From the NCBI RefSeq assembly GCF_006345805.1, contig NC_043021.1, forward strand, positions 5,952,001 through 6,016,000: a DNA stretch of 64,000 bases, written 5' to 3'. Below are positions 21,615 through 33,500 of the stretch, piece by piece (position 1 is the first letter of the stretch; each line of letters starts with the position of its first letter). The notes beneath the pieces are model-generated. The model made no database searches. It was not told the DNA's origin and worked only from the letters and a program-made list of their open reading frames with translations. The position numbers were made by a program, and so were the translations under genes. The stretch comes from Octopus sinensis. Its lineage: Eukaryota.

Positions 21615-24095
21615 ATGTCCAGAACCTGGAGAAGTGACGAATTGGCGTTGTTCCAGAGAGCCTGGCAATGCGCCGACGGAGATAACCCTATGCACTTGTA
21701 CAATCTCACATTGGCATGCTTGATGCCATCTTTGACAACGAACAAAGTAAAGATGGCAAGGATGGAGACGCGGGTGCTGATGAAAAAAGTCACCCCCACC
21801 TGGTAGACACCCATGAAGAAAACTCCATGGCGTTGTTCCTGAGAGCCTGGCAATGCGCCGACGGAGATAACCCTAACAATATAATTACGGCTGCGCTGAA
21901 GACCGGCAGTTATAAAAGGACAATAGCTCAGATAGAGTGGAAGAAGCAGGAGTTCATACGCTCCTATGCACTTGTACAATCTCACATTGGCATGCTTGAT
22001 GCCATCTTTGACAACGAACAAAGTAAAGATGGCATGGATGGAGACGCGGGTGCTGATGAAAAAAGTCACCCCCATCTGGTAGACACCCAGGAAGAAAACT
22101 CCATGGCGTTGTTCCTGAGAGCCTGGCAATGCGCCGACGGAGATAACCCTAACAATATAATTACGGCTGCGCTGAAGACCGGCAGTTATAAAAGGACAAT
22201 AGCTCAGATAGAGTGGAAGAAGCAGGAGTTCATACGCTCCTATGCACTTGTACAATCTCACATTGGCATGCTTGATGCCATCTTTGACAACGAACAAAGT
22301 AAAGATGGCAAGGATGGAGACGCGGGTGCTGATGAAAAAAGTCACCCCCACCTGGTAGACACCCATGAAGAAAACTCCATGGCGTTGTTCCTGAGAGCCT
22401 GGCAATGCGCCGACGGAGATAACCCTAACAATATAATTACGGCTGCGCTGAAGACCGGCAGTTATAAAAGGACAATAGCTCAGATAGAGTGGTAGAAGCA
22501 GGAGTTCATACGCTCCTATGCACTTGTACAATCTCACATTGGCATGCTTGATGCCATCTTTGACAACGAACAAAGTAAAGATGGCAAGGATGGAGACGCG
22601 GGTGCTGATGAAAAAAGTCACCCCCACCTGGTAGACACCCATGAAGAAAACTCCATGGCGTTGTTCCTGAGAGCCTGGCAATGCGCCGACGGAGATAACC
22701 CTAACAATATAATTACGGCTGCGCTGAAGACCGGCAGTTATAAAAGGACAATAGCTCAGATAGAGTGGAAGAAGCAGGAGTTCATACGCTCCTATGCACT
22801 TGTACGATCTCACATTGGCATGCTTGATGCCATCTTTGACAACGAACAAAGTAAAGATGGCAAGGATGGAGACGCGGGTGCTGATGAAAAAAGTCACCCC
22901 CACCTGGTAGACACCCATGAAGAAAACTCCAGTGAGAAACCTGCCCGGGAAGTAAACATAAGTGCAAGTGATCCTACCAGCACCAAAAGCCATGGAGACG
23001 AAAGAACCAAAAAAGGAGGAAAAACTAAAAAATGAAACAGCCAAGGATAGAAGCAAACCTGACTATCCATATACCAAAAAGAATGGAAACAGACAGCGCA
23101 CACGGGTGTGCAGGTTCTACCTGAGAGGTGTCTGCTGGCATGGAGAGGAAGGTGCACGCGGGCTTTTTAGCACATCGGGGACCCTGCCGCAGAGACACGA
23201 AACAGGTCAGAAACCAACTACCAAAAGGAAAAGGGATGGTCCACGCACCACCTGCCCCAAAACGGAGGTACGCAGATGTGGTGTGTGCTACAAACCGCCA
23301 ACATGTTATTGAAAGGGCAGCTGCTGAACAAGAATCTTTTTTGTGCATGGCACAAGATTGTACAGCAGCTGACCTGGCTCCATCAAACTCAAACTCACAG
23401 ATGGGACTATCCGCAATACACAAGACCACCACAGCAAATAGACCCAAGGAGGACACCGCTGGCAACAGCATACACCTCACCTCGATGCTCCTACTGAACA
23501 TCAGAGGACTGCTAACACTCAGTAACAGGACAAAAATCCCGTTCCTGAGAGATTTTGTTGCATGCAATCAAGCCTTATGCATAGCACTAACGGAAATGCA
23601 CCTGAAACCGGATATAGCAGATGCGGAGTTACAGGATCAAAGGGTGAAAAAACCAGGAATAGAAGTGGAATTGCAAAAGATGGAAACAAACAGCGTACAC
23701 GGGTGTGTAGGTTCTACCTGAGAGGTTCCTGCTGGCATGGAAAGGAAGGTGCAGGCTGCCGCTTTGCACATCGGGGACCCTGCCACAGAGACACGAGGCA
23801 GATGGACAAACCATCAACACAAGGAAAAGGAATGGACCACGCACCACTTGCCCCAAAGCGGAGATGTTGTGCGTGCCACAAACCACCAACATGATGTTGT
23901 CAAAAGGGCAGCTGCTGAGCAACAATCTTTTTTGTGCATGGCACAAAAGATTGTACAGCAGCTGACCTGGCTTCATCAAACCCAAGGCCGCAGGTGGGAC
24001 TACCCACTATATACCAGACCACCACAGCAAACAGACCCAGGATGACACCACCGGCAACAACGTACACCTCACCTCGATGCTCCTACTGAACATTT
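21615..24095 (+). mobile_element. LINE subfamily A (Myb/SANT-like + CCCH ORF1, start of APE endonuclease), followed by a duplicated piece of subfamily B (about 23630-24095)
   Basis: MSRTWRSDELALFQRAW; VCRFYLRGVCWHG; RRYADVV; MLLLNIRGL..CIALTEMHL. Disrupted by frameshifts. Confidence 0.85.
21700..22930 (+). repeat. 276-bp (92-codon) in-frame tandem repeat inside LINE ORF1
   Basis: ATGGCGTTGTTCC recurs at 21827, 22103, 22379 and 22655. Copies differ by single substitutions, including one TAG at 22493. Confidence 0.95.
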
Positions 24096-24354
24096 CTGTC
24101 TCGAATCAGAAATTGGCTTCAGAATTAAATAACCCTTTCTTCACACTTTAAAATATATATATATTTTAATATATTTTCACTCATTTTCTTTCTCTTTTTC
24201 CACCTTCCTTCTCTCCCCGTCTGTGTATATGTGTATGTGTGTGCACGTGTATGTATGTGTGTGTGTGTGTATGTATATATGCATGGATGTGAACTTTCAC
24301 GAACTTTAGATAGATAAATAATCTTTCCCCTCTTTCTTACCCTCCCATCTCTCC

Positions 24355-24905
24355 TCTTTCAGATACTCCATCTTCTAATTAGCCTTAAGATGAAATAACG
24401 TTTAATACTGTTTAATATTGTTTAACATTGTTAATAATTTTTCAGATACTCTATCTTCTAATTAGCCTTAAGAATAAACAACGTTTTTACCCACACTTTA
24501 ACATCTAATTTTTTACCCACACTCTAATATCTTTCTAATTAGCCTTTTTACCCACATTTTAAATATTTGTTAATATATTTTCAGATACTCTATCTCCTAA
24601 TTAGCCTAAGATTAAATAACGTTTTTACCCACAAACTTTAATATTGTTAATATTAATAATACTCTATCCTCTAATTAGCCTTAAGATTAAATAATGTTTT
24701 TACCCACACTCTAATATAATATTAATATTGCTAATATATTTTCAGATACTCTATCTCCTAATTAGCCTTAAGATTAAATAACGTTTTTACCCACAAACTT
24801 TAATATTGATTGATTGATTGATTCCAGTTCCAGCCTATGAGCTGTGGCCATGCTGTTAATATTTTTTTTTTTTTTCCCAAATACTCTATCTTCTAATTAG
24901 CCTTA
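24355..24905. repeat. Degenerate tandem array of about 7 monomers with core ATACTCTATC(T/C)(T/C)CTAATTAGCCTTAAG
   Basis: The core appears near 24362, 24445, 24530, 24583, 24660, 24745 and 24881, separated by variable AT-rich spacers containing TTTTTACCCAC. Confidence 0.85.
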
Positions 24906-24967
24906 ATATCTTCTTGTCTTCTCTCGAACATGGTTAGATAGATAAACAAATAGACAGATCATCCAGC

Positions 24968-27555
24968 ATGTCCAGAGCATGGAGACCTGACGAACTAGAT
25001 TTATTCGTACGAGCATGGGGGTGCGCCGGCGGAGATAGCCCTAGCGAGGTGATTGCGGCTGCGCTGAAGAGCAAAGGCTACAAGAGGACAGCAGCTCAGA
25101 TGGAGCGAAAGAGACGGGAATTAGTGCGCTCATATGCGCTTATACGGTCGCACATTGGCGCACTTGATGCCATCTTTGAGAACGAGCGGGGCAAAGATGG
25201 CAAGAATGGAGACGATGAAAGAAGTCACCCCCACCTGGTGGACGCCCGGGAGGAAGTTTGGAATGAGAAACCTGCCCGGGAAGTGAATCCAGGTGCAAGT
25301 TCTCCAACCGGCAGCAAAGGCCATGGAGACGGAGAACCCGGTGAAGAGGTAGAGGGAGGAGGAAGAACTAAAAGAAGGGCTGGTAGAGCTAAAGGAAAAG
25401 CTCAAGCAGGACCAAAGGGTGAAAAAACCAGGAATAGAAGTGGAATCACAAAAGATGGAAACAAACAGCGCACACGGGTGTGTAGGTTCTACCTGAGAGG
25501 TTCCTGCTGGCATGGAAAGGAAGGTGCAGGCTGCCGCTTTGCACATCGGGGACCCTGCCAGAGACACGAGGCAGATGGACAAACCATCAACACAAGGAAA
25601 AGGAATGGACCACGCACCACTTGCCCCAAAGCGGAGATGTTGTGCGTGCCACAAACCACCAACATGATGTTGTCAAAAGGGCAGCTGCTGAGCAACAATC
25701 TTTTTTGTGCATGGCACAAAAGATTGTACAGCAGCTGACCTGGCTTCATCAAACCCAAGGCCGCAGGTGGGACTACCCACTATATACCAGACCACCACAG
25801 CAAACAGACCCAGGATGACACCACCGGCAACAACGTACACCTCACCTCGATGCTCCTACTGAACATCAGAGGACTGCTAACACTCAGTAACAGGACAAAA
25901 ATCCCGTTCTTGAGAGACTTTGTTGCATGCAATCAAGCCTTATGCATAGCACTTACGGAAATACACCTGAAACCGGACATAGCAGATGCGGAATTACACA
26001 TACCACAGTATTTTGTACTACGGACTGACAGAAAAGAAAGGAGTCATGGAGGAGTTGCTATGTACATCCGTGAGGACCTCACACCCCAGGTCCTTTTGTC
26101 ATACACAAACTCGGTGTGTGACACACTAATTGTACATATAAGGCAACTTGGTGTAGTTGTGTGTGCTACATACCGCCCTCCAGGTGCCCCATGGACCATG
26201 CACTACCTGCCCCAAAACGGAGGTACGCAGATGTGGTGCGTGCTACAAACTGCCAACAAGAATCTTTTTTGTGCATGGCACAAAAGATTGTACAGCAGCT
26301 AACCTGGCTCCATCAAACTCAAACTCGCAGATGGGACTATCCGCAATACACAAGACCACCACAGCAAATAGACCCAAGGAGAACACCGCCGGCAACAGCA
26401 TTCACCTCACCTCGATGCTCCTACTGAACATCAGAGGACTGCTAACACTCAGTAACAGGACAAAAATCCCGTTCTTGAGAGACTTTGTTGCATGCAATCA
26501 AGCCTTATGCATAGCACTTACGGAAATACACCTGAAACCGGACATAGCAGATGCGGAATTACACATACCACAGTATGTTGTACTACGGACTGACAGAAAA
26601 GAAAGGAGTCGTGGAGGAGTTGCTGTGTACATTCGTGAGGATCTCACACCCCAGGTCCTTTTGTCATACTCAAACTCGGTGTGTGACACACTAATTGTAC
26701 ATATAAGGCAACTTGGTGTAGTTGTGTGTGCTACATATCGCCCTCCAGGTGCCCCAAGCCATGTAGACAAAATAGAAGAAGTTCTAGTCACATTAGAACG
26801 ACACATAAGTGTACTTCTCATGGGAGACTTCAATCTACCCAATGTCAGATGGCCCGAGGGCCTACTCTCCCAGGAATGACACGATGTGAACGAGGACAGG
26901 CGAGGTCCCTCCTGAACTTCATCAACACCCTGTACATGGAGCAAGTAATACTCCAACCAACCAGGGCAGGTAACACACTGGATCTCTGCTTCACAAATAA
27001 TATGGATCTCATCCATAATGTGAAAGTGACACCAACACTACTCTCAGATCACAACATGGTAGAGCTGACCATGTACGGGCCAAAGGAAAGCATGGACATG
27101 CAGCCTACAAGAAACTCTCAGAATCTTTCCAGCTTGAACTTCCATAAGGCAAACTGGAAACAAATTGAGAAAGAGATCCTCAAACAAAACTGGCCTGAAT
27201 GTCTCTCCTCGCCAGACATCGACATGAAACTTCAACAATTCATGTCTGTAATGCAAGCCATATGCTACAAATGTGTCCTAGAGAGAAAGGTTACTGTACA
27301 CAAGAACAAAATCCTCAGAGAGAGGAAAATTCTAACGAGACGGCGTACAAAAGTTTCAAATCGCCTAAACATACAAATTGAAAGCAGTGAAAAGTCCCGC
27401 CTGAAAATAAAACTGTTGGAAATTGAAAAATGTCTGCAACTCTCCCATGAAAAGGAAAGAGCAGACAAAGAAGCCTGGGCTATAGACAACATAAAATCTA
27501 CAGGTATGCCAAAGAAACAGCTACGGTGCACTGTAGGATAGGGCCACTCTTTACC
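24968..27555 (+). mobile_element. LINE subfamily B: ORF1 plus APE endonuclease, with internal duplication (25850-26200 repeated at about 26415-26760)
   Basis: MSRAWRPDELDLFVRAW..IAAALKSKGYKRTAAQMERKRRELVRSY; CRFYLRGSCWHGKEGAGCRFAH; HGGVAMY, ATYRPP, MGDFNLP, TLDLCFT, SDHNMV. Confidence 0.9.
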
Positions 27556-27639
27556 ACTGCAGATATAAAATCAGAGGCAGCGATGATTGATTACATAACA
27601 CTTTGAATTATTTATTTATTGAGAATTTGTACAGACAGT

Positions 27640-29800
27640 TTGAGCCGTCGCCCTTGTGAATCGGACTGCAAGCATTGTGCAGGAAGAGAAGAACATAGTA
27701 GCGGGTGCAGGCGTACTGTAGTGACCGGGTACGTATCCACTGGAGAGTTACGGAGGAGACAGCTGGAGGATGCCGACTTGGGGCCGGTGGTGGAGTGGCT
27801 GCAGCAGGGAACAGCGAGACCATCTTGGGAGGAAGTATCCAGGTCCGGCCCCGAAACTAAAAGCTATTGGGGCCAGTGGGACCTTCTTCGTCTGAACGAC
27901 GGGTTGCTTGAGGGGCGCTGGGAAACGCCCAATGGCCTGAGTAAATATTGGCAGTTGGTGATCCCCAGGGGGATGAGACCTGAACTGTTGGAGGAGGCCC
28001 ACAACCAGATCACAGTGGACATCTGGGGGTCAAGAAGACGCTGAGTCGGCTGCGGCACAGGTTCTATTGGACAGGCATGCGTCGGGACGTTCAGGAATGG
28101 TGTCGATCTTGTGATGTATGCTGCGCCAAGAAGGGACCGGGGAGGCGGGGTGGGGGTGTGCCCCTCTGCAGTTGTACCAGGTTGGTGTGCCCATGGAAAG
28201 GATAGCCGTGGATATAGCTGGACCGTTGCCACTCACGGAAAGAGGCAACAGGTACATGTGTGTGGCCATGGACTATTTCACAAAATGGCCTGGGGCATAT
28301 GTCATCCGTGATCAGGAGGCCACATCCGTTGCGCAGGTGTTGGTAGACCAGTTCTTCTGTGGGTTCGGTATGCCCCAGGAGTTGCATTCCGATCAAGGTA
28401 GGAACTTTGAATCGGCTGTGTTCCAGGAATGTTGTAGGCTGTTGGGGATTAAGAAGACCAGAACAACCCCAATCAGATGGGATGGTGGAAAAGTTTAATT
28501 GGACACTGGGGCAGGAACTAGCCAAATACTGTGTAGACAGACAGTTGGAGTGGGACTTAAAGCTGCCCGCGCTGCTGCTTGCTTATCGTTCCGCGACGCA
28601 CGAGACGACTGGCTATACGCCTGCAAAGCTGATGTTGGGCCATGAAGTAAGGCTCCCAGTTGATCAGGTGTTGGGAAGACCTCCGGGAGAGGAGCTACCC
28701 AGGGAGACCTCCAGCTACATAAAACATTTGCAGGAGACGCTGACTGAGGTACACCAGCAGGTTAGAGAAGCCCTGAAATTTTCGGGGGAAGTAATGAAGC
28801 GTCAGCACGACACCAGGGCTAGTGAGGTCGACTTCAAGGAGGGCGATGAGGTGTGGTTCCACAACCCCAGGCGGAAGAGAGGGCAGTCTCCGAAGCTGCA
28901 GAGTCCTTGGGAGGGGCCTTACACGGTGGTGACTCGTTTGTCCGATGTAACGTACAGGATTCGGGGAGGCAGGAGGTCTTCCCCGAAAATTGTACATGCG
29001 AAACGTCTGTGGAGGTACCATGGGCCTGGCCGGTTCAGCTGGGGCTCACCCTTGGAGGTGCGAGTTTAGTGTGCTTTTGTCGGGTCGACAAAGCTTAGGT
29101 AGTGGGTAGTGCTATGAATGGTTCAATCTAAGGACAGTTGGCTGCGACCTACTTTGGAATATATCCATTGTCCTGTCAGATTCAGGTGGATTGATTGGTT
29201 CTGGGTAGACCTGCGACCCCTTTCAGGTGAACTAAAGTTCGTTCTAAACACCCCTTAAAAAGGAAGAACCTTGAGCTGTAAACACAGTTGGCCGGAAACT
29301 CTGCTAGAGACGAGTCAGTCGAGGACAGAGCAAGTAACAGGTTGTTTTCTGCTGAGACAGATGAAAGACAGGGAGGATTAAGGAACTAAGAGACTGCAGC
29401 GAGAGGGCTTGGCAATTACAGTAGTAATTTTCTGAAATAGTTGCAGACGGAAAAGGAACGTCTGGTAAAGTTTTGTTTGTGTTTAATTATGTTTTGATAT
29501 GTGAAGAAAAAGAAGGAAAGAGTTGTGGTATTTATGTAAAAAGAATTGTATTGATACGTGATACGAAAAAAAAGAGAAAGAAGAAAAAGAGAAGGAAAAA
29601 GAATCAATGTATTGAAATGTAAAAGAAATGAGACAGTAAAAAAAGAACTATGAACTGTAGTGTTTTGAATTGATCTGATTTGAACATTATTTGATCTGAA
29701 CTTATTTGTCTATGAACATTGTATATGCCTTTTTATGTGTTTTGAAACAGAACTGTTGTCTCCGGACTGTTTAAATGCTTTGATGTGTTGATTCTCTTAA
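27640..29800 (+). mobile_element. Ty3/gypsy pol 3' part (integrase), PPT and LTR
   Basis: LLEEAH, ERIAVDIAGPLP, MDYFTKW, LHSDQGRNFES, PQSDGMVE, QSPWEGPY. The LTR begins TG at 29110. Its right end is uncertain. Confidence 0.9.
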
Positions 29801-30025
29801 TTGCTTGTATTTACCTGATGTATCTTGATATGTAATTGATGTTGTAACAATTGTAATAGTCATATAAACTAGTTGTTAACGTAGCCAATTGCCTTGCCTT
29901 CTTTGTGTCTCTTCCTGCTGCTGCTGTTGTAGTTGTTGTCGTTATCTCTCTCCTCTCCGGGGTTCCGCGGCAAACTTTCCCGTTTGAGCGAGCGACGGCA
30001 GGTGGTCCGTAACAATATGTATATG

Positions 30026-30062
<37 letters not shown>

Positions 30063-30514
30063 TTCGTTGGAGATTGTATCTCGCCAACATCTGTATTTGT
30101 CCCCTCTACCGAAAAGGTAATTATTTCTACGCCTGCTGCTATGTTTGTTGTTTTTGCCTCATTTAGTCTAAAGTCGTATGACAACCACCGTTATATTATA
30201 TTTTGTTTAACCGTTACCGTTTTCCATTTCGTTTTCGTCTCTCGTATTTACATCCGTCTCGTGCGTTCACATTCCCGTCTTCTACCAAGAAATCTAATGC
30301 TTACAGCTTAGTTTTTTTTCTTGGGGCTGGCTGGCCGAGTTGGAGCAAATATCAGAATTGAACAGCCGAAATTTGCTATGATGATTCGGTGTCTGACTGA
30401 AGATTGAAGGCTTCGAATGATTTGTCTGTGTTCCGTGTTTGTCCCTTCCTGTATTTCACGTTCTTTATATATAAAACATTTATTCTTATATATATACATA
30501 TATGTATATATGAT

Positions 30515-33500
30515 ACCAAGATGGCGCCGAACTAACAACAAGTGTGTGTTAACGTGTCTCTCCTAAAGATTAAAGAAGTCCTTCCAGAGATCGATGTTAT
30601 CAGAAGCGAAATTTGTCTGCAAAGTGAATATAAGTGAAAGTACAAGACACTGTATTTGAGAAGAATATTTTCGCTTTTGATATAGTATTTGCAACTAGAA
30701 CATACCTCGTGAATATATGTGTTAAAAAGCACGTGTGTTACTTCCTGCAATCGAAGTGAATTTGTCTGCGAAATTTTTTGTCTGTGAAACAACAAGACAC
30801 AGTATTTTAGAGAAGGATATTTTCGCTTTTGATGTCGTATATCTGCGTGTTCTGAAAGCCTCTGAAAATTTGCTGCCTAATACCAAATCGCTTAAGAAAA
30901 TATAGAAAGTATCGTTAATTTTTTGCATCTACGAAATCGGAACTCTAATTCCTTTTGTTTACAAAATACGATTGAGGAATATCAAAGGTCTATCTTCCTT
31001 TCTTATAAAACAGAATCACGGTAAGTATTCTCTCTCTCAGCCAGTAAGGTAAGAAAAATATTATTTATTATCATTAGTGTTCTTTCAACCAGAAGATAAT
31101 AATTAAAAAAAGATCTCTCTCCATCCACCAGACCCTCTATATCCGCTCTCACTCTCCCCTCCTCCCTCTCTCAGATCAACTTTCTCACATCTCACCCCCC
31201 TCTCAGTTCCTCAACTTCACTCATTCTCTCTTGTATCTATATACCGCCCTCTTTCTCCCTCTCTCTGCCTCTTCGCCCCTTCACAGGTCAAACCCCTTTT
31301 CCTCTTCTCCTTTTGTCCACTTATTTCTTTCTCTACACCACCCTCCCTGTCCCTTTACTACACTCTCTTGCACCTCTGTCGCGCTCCCTCTTTCAATCTC
31401 CCCCTTTTTTTCTTCCTACCTTTCCTCTCCCTGCTCCCTCTCTTGTCTCTTTTTTCCTCTTTCTGTCTCCTTCCTCCACACCACCCTCTCTGTCCCTTTA
31501 CTTCACTCCCTGGTACCTCTATCCCTCTCCATTTTATCTCTCAGCCTTTCTACTCCCTGCTCCCCCTAGGGTCCACCCTCTTGTCTTTCTTTTCCACCCT
31601 GCTCCTTTACTTTCTTTCTACTACACCTCTATCCCGCTCACTCTCCTCCTGCTGACCTGCCATTCTTTCTCTTTTTTCCCTCTTTATTTTCTCTTTTTCT
31701 CTCTTCTCTCAGGACAATCCCCTCGTCTCTCTCTACCCCCCCCCGGCTTTTCTCCTTTCTCCTCTCCAGTCAACCATCTTATCTTTCCTTCTCTCTCTGT
31801 TCCTATATTTCACTCTCACTATATCTCAGACGAAAATGCCAAGAAACTGGTCTGCGAGAGAGGTGCGATTGTTAGTCCGCGCTTGGAGGATTGCTGAGGA
31901 CGACTCGCTGAACAATATCATTGCAGTGGTGCTGAAGAGCAATGATTTTTCAAGAACCACCGCCCAGATAGAGCGAAAGAAACGAGAATTTATCCGTTCA
32001 TACGCTCTAATCAGGCAACATGTAGACACCCTGGACATCATCCTAGGAGGTGACGGCACCAGGGAAGGCCAAAAGGATGAAGAAAACATCCAGAACCAAA
32101 CGGAGAAACCTAGAACACAGGGAAACAATGACACATGTCCAGCTCCCACACCACAACTGAAGACCAAAGAGGTGCGATGGCCGCAAGTAAAGAAAAGCAC
32201 CCTAAAATTGATGGGAAACAGGAGGTAAAAGGCGACAAAATCAAAGCTAAAAGAAACCCTGTCCAGAGAAAACAAAAGGACCCCAGCAAGAACTATAAGG
32301 GCAAAGAAAGAAACATCTGCAAATTCTACCGGAAGGGGGACTGCTGGTACGGCGTCGAAGGTGCGAACTGTCGCTTTGCACATCAGAGGCCCTACCAAAA
32401 CCGCACGGACGCGAGACAGGGGTCCCTCCCTCGGGGAGAACAAAAAGAAAAATATAAAAGAAGGGAAAAAAGCGCACTGACCACTCCTGAAAGACGATAT
32501 GCGGATGTGGTGCGCGGTAACCCAACAAATGGCCAGCTTCACCCAGATGTGAGAAGGGCAGCAGCTGAACAGCAATCTTTTTTGTGCATGGCACAAAAAA
32601 TTGTTCAGCAGCTGACCTGGCTACAAGCACAAAGCTGGAACTACCACCACATAAGGCCACCACACACACCACAAAAATATTTCTACTGAATGTAGGAGGG
32701 CTGCTGCGCGGAAACTGCAAAAGGAAAATCTCATTCCTGAGAGACCTTGTGACATGCAATCAAGCTATATGCATGGCACTCACAGAAACGCATCTTGAAC
32801 CCGATATAGGTGATGCAGAAATACACATGCTGCAATATGCAGTCATACACACAGATAGAAAAGGGAGGAGCCATGGTGGAGTTGCAATGTACATCCGAGA
32901 TGACTTCATGCCCCAGGTCCTGCTGTCATATTCAAACTCAGTATGTGAAACTCAAATTGTACACATAAGACAACTGAATATCGTCATATGCACTACATAT
33001 CGCCCACCAGATGCCCCTAAACACTCAGGCATGTTTGAAGACTGCCTAACAAAAATAGGAGAAGTCCTCACCAACCTTGAACAACACAATAGTGTATTCT
33101 TCATGAGTGACTTTAACCTCCCCAATGTGGAATGGCCTGGGGGGGGGGGGCAGATGCTCCCAGGGATGACACACCATCAGCAGGCACAGGTGGAGTCCCT
33201 GCTCCATCTCACAAATGCCTCTTTTATGGAGCAAATAGTTCTGCAACCAACAAGGGCAGATAATATACTGGATCTCTGCTTCACAAACAATATGGATATT
33301 ATCCATAATGTTAATGTGATGCCGACAATGATCTTGGATCACAACATAATAGAGCTGTCTATGTATGGAACAAAAGCCCCCGTAGACACACAGCCTATAC
33401 GAAGCATCCACCATCTCTCCAACTTAAACTTTCATAAAGCCAACTGGAAGTTGATTGAGAAAGAGATCCTCAAACAGGATTGGCCTGAATGTCTCTCCAC

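Noticed and set aside
21572-23056. 494-aa minus-strand ORF with hydrophobic repeats, the longest ORF on that strand
   Set aside because: It is the antisense shadow of the 276-bp tandem repeat: one stop-free unit repeated gives a long ORF. No recognisable domain. Similar shadows occur at 25130-25654 and 32247-32759.
21700-24905. Regular repeats that might suggest a CRISPR array
   Set aside because: The units are contiguous copies without unique spacers, the context is eukaryotic, and there are no cas genes.
30517-30535. TGGCGCCGAAC as a tRNA-Lys primer-binding site of an LTR element
   Set aside because: The match is imperfect, there is no LTR-terminal CA just upstream and no gag follows. A YY1-like reading fits at least as well.
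31100-31830. ORFs of 95-194 aa rich in Leu/Ser/Pro/Phe
   Set aside because: Artefacts of low-complexity polypyrimidine sequence.
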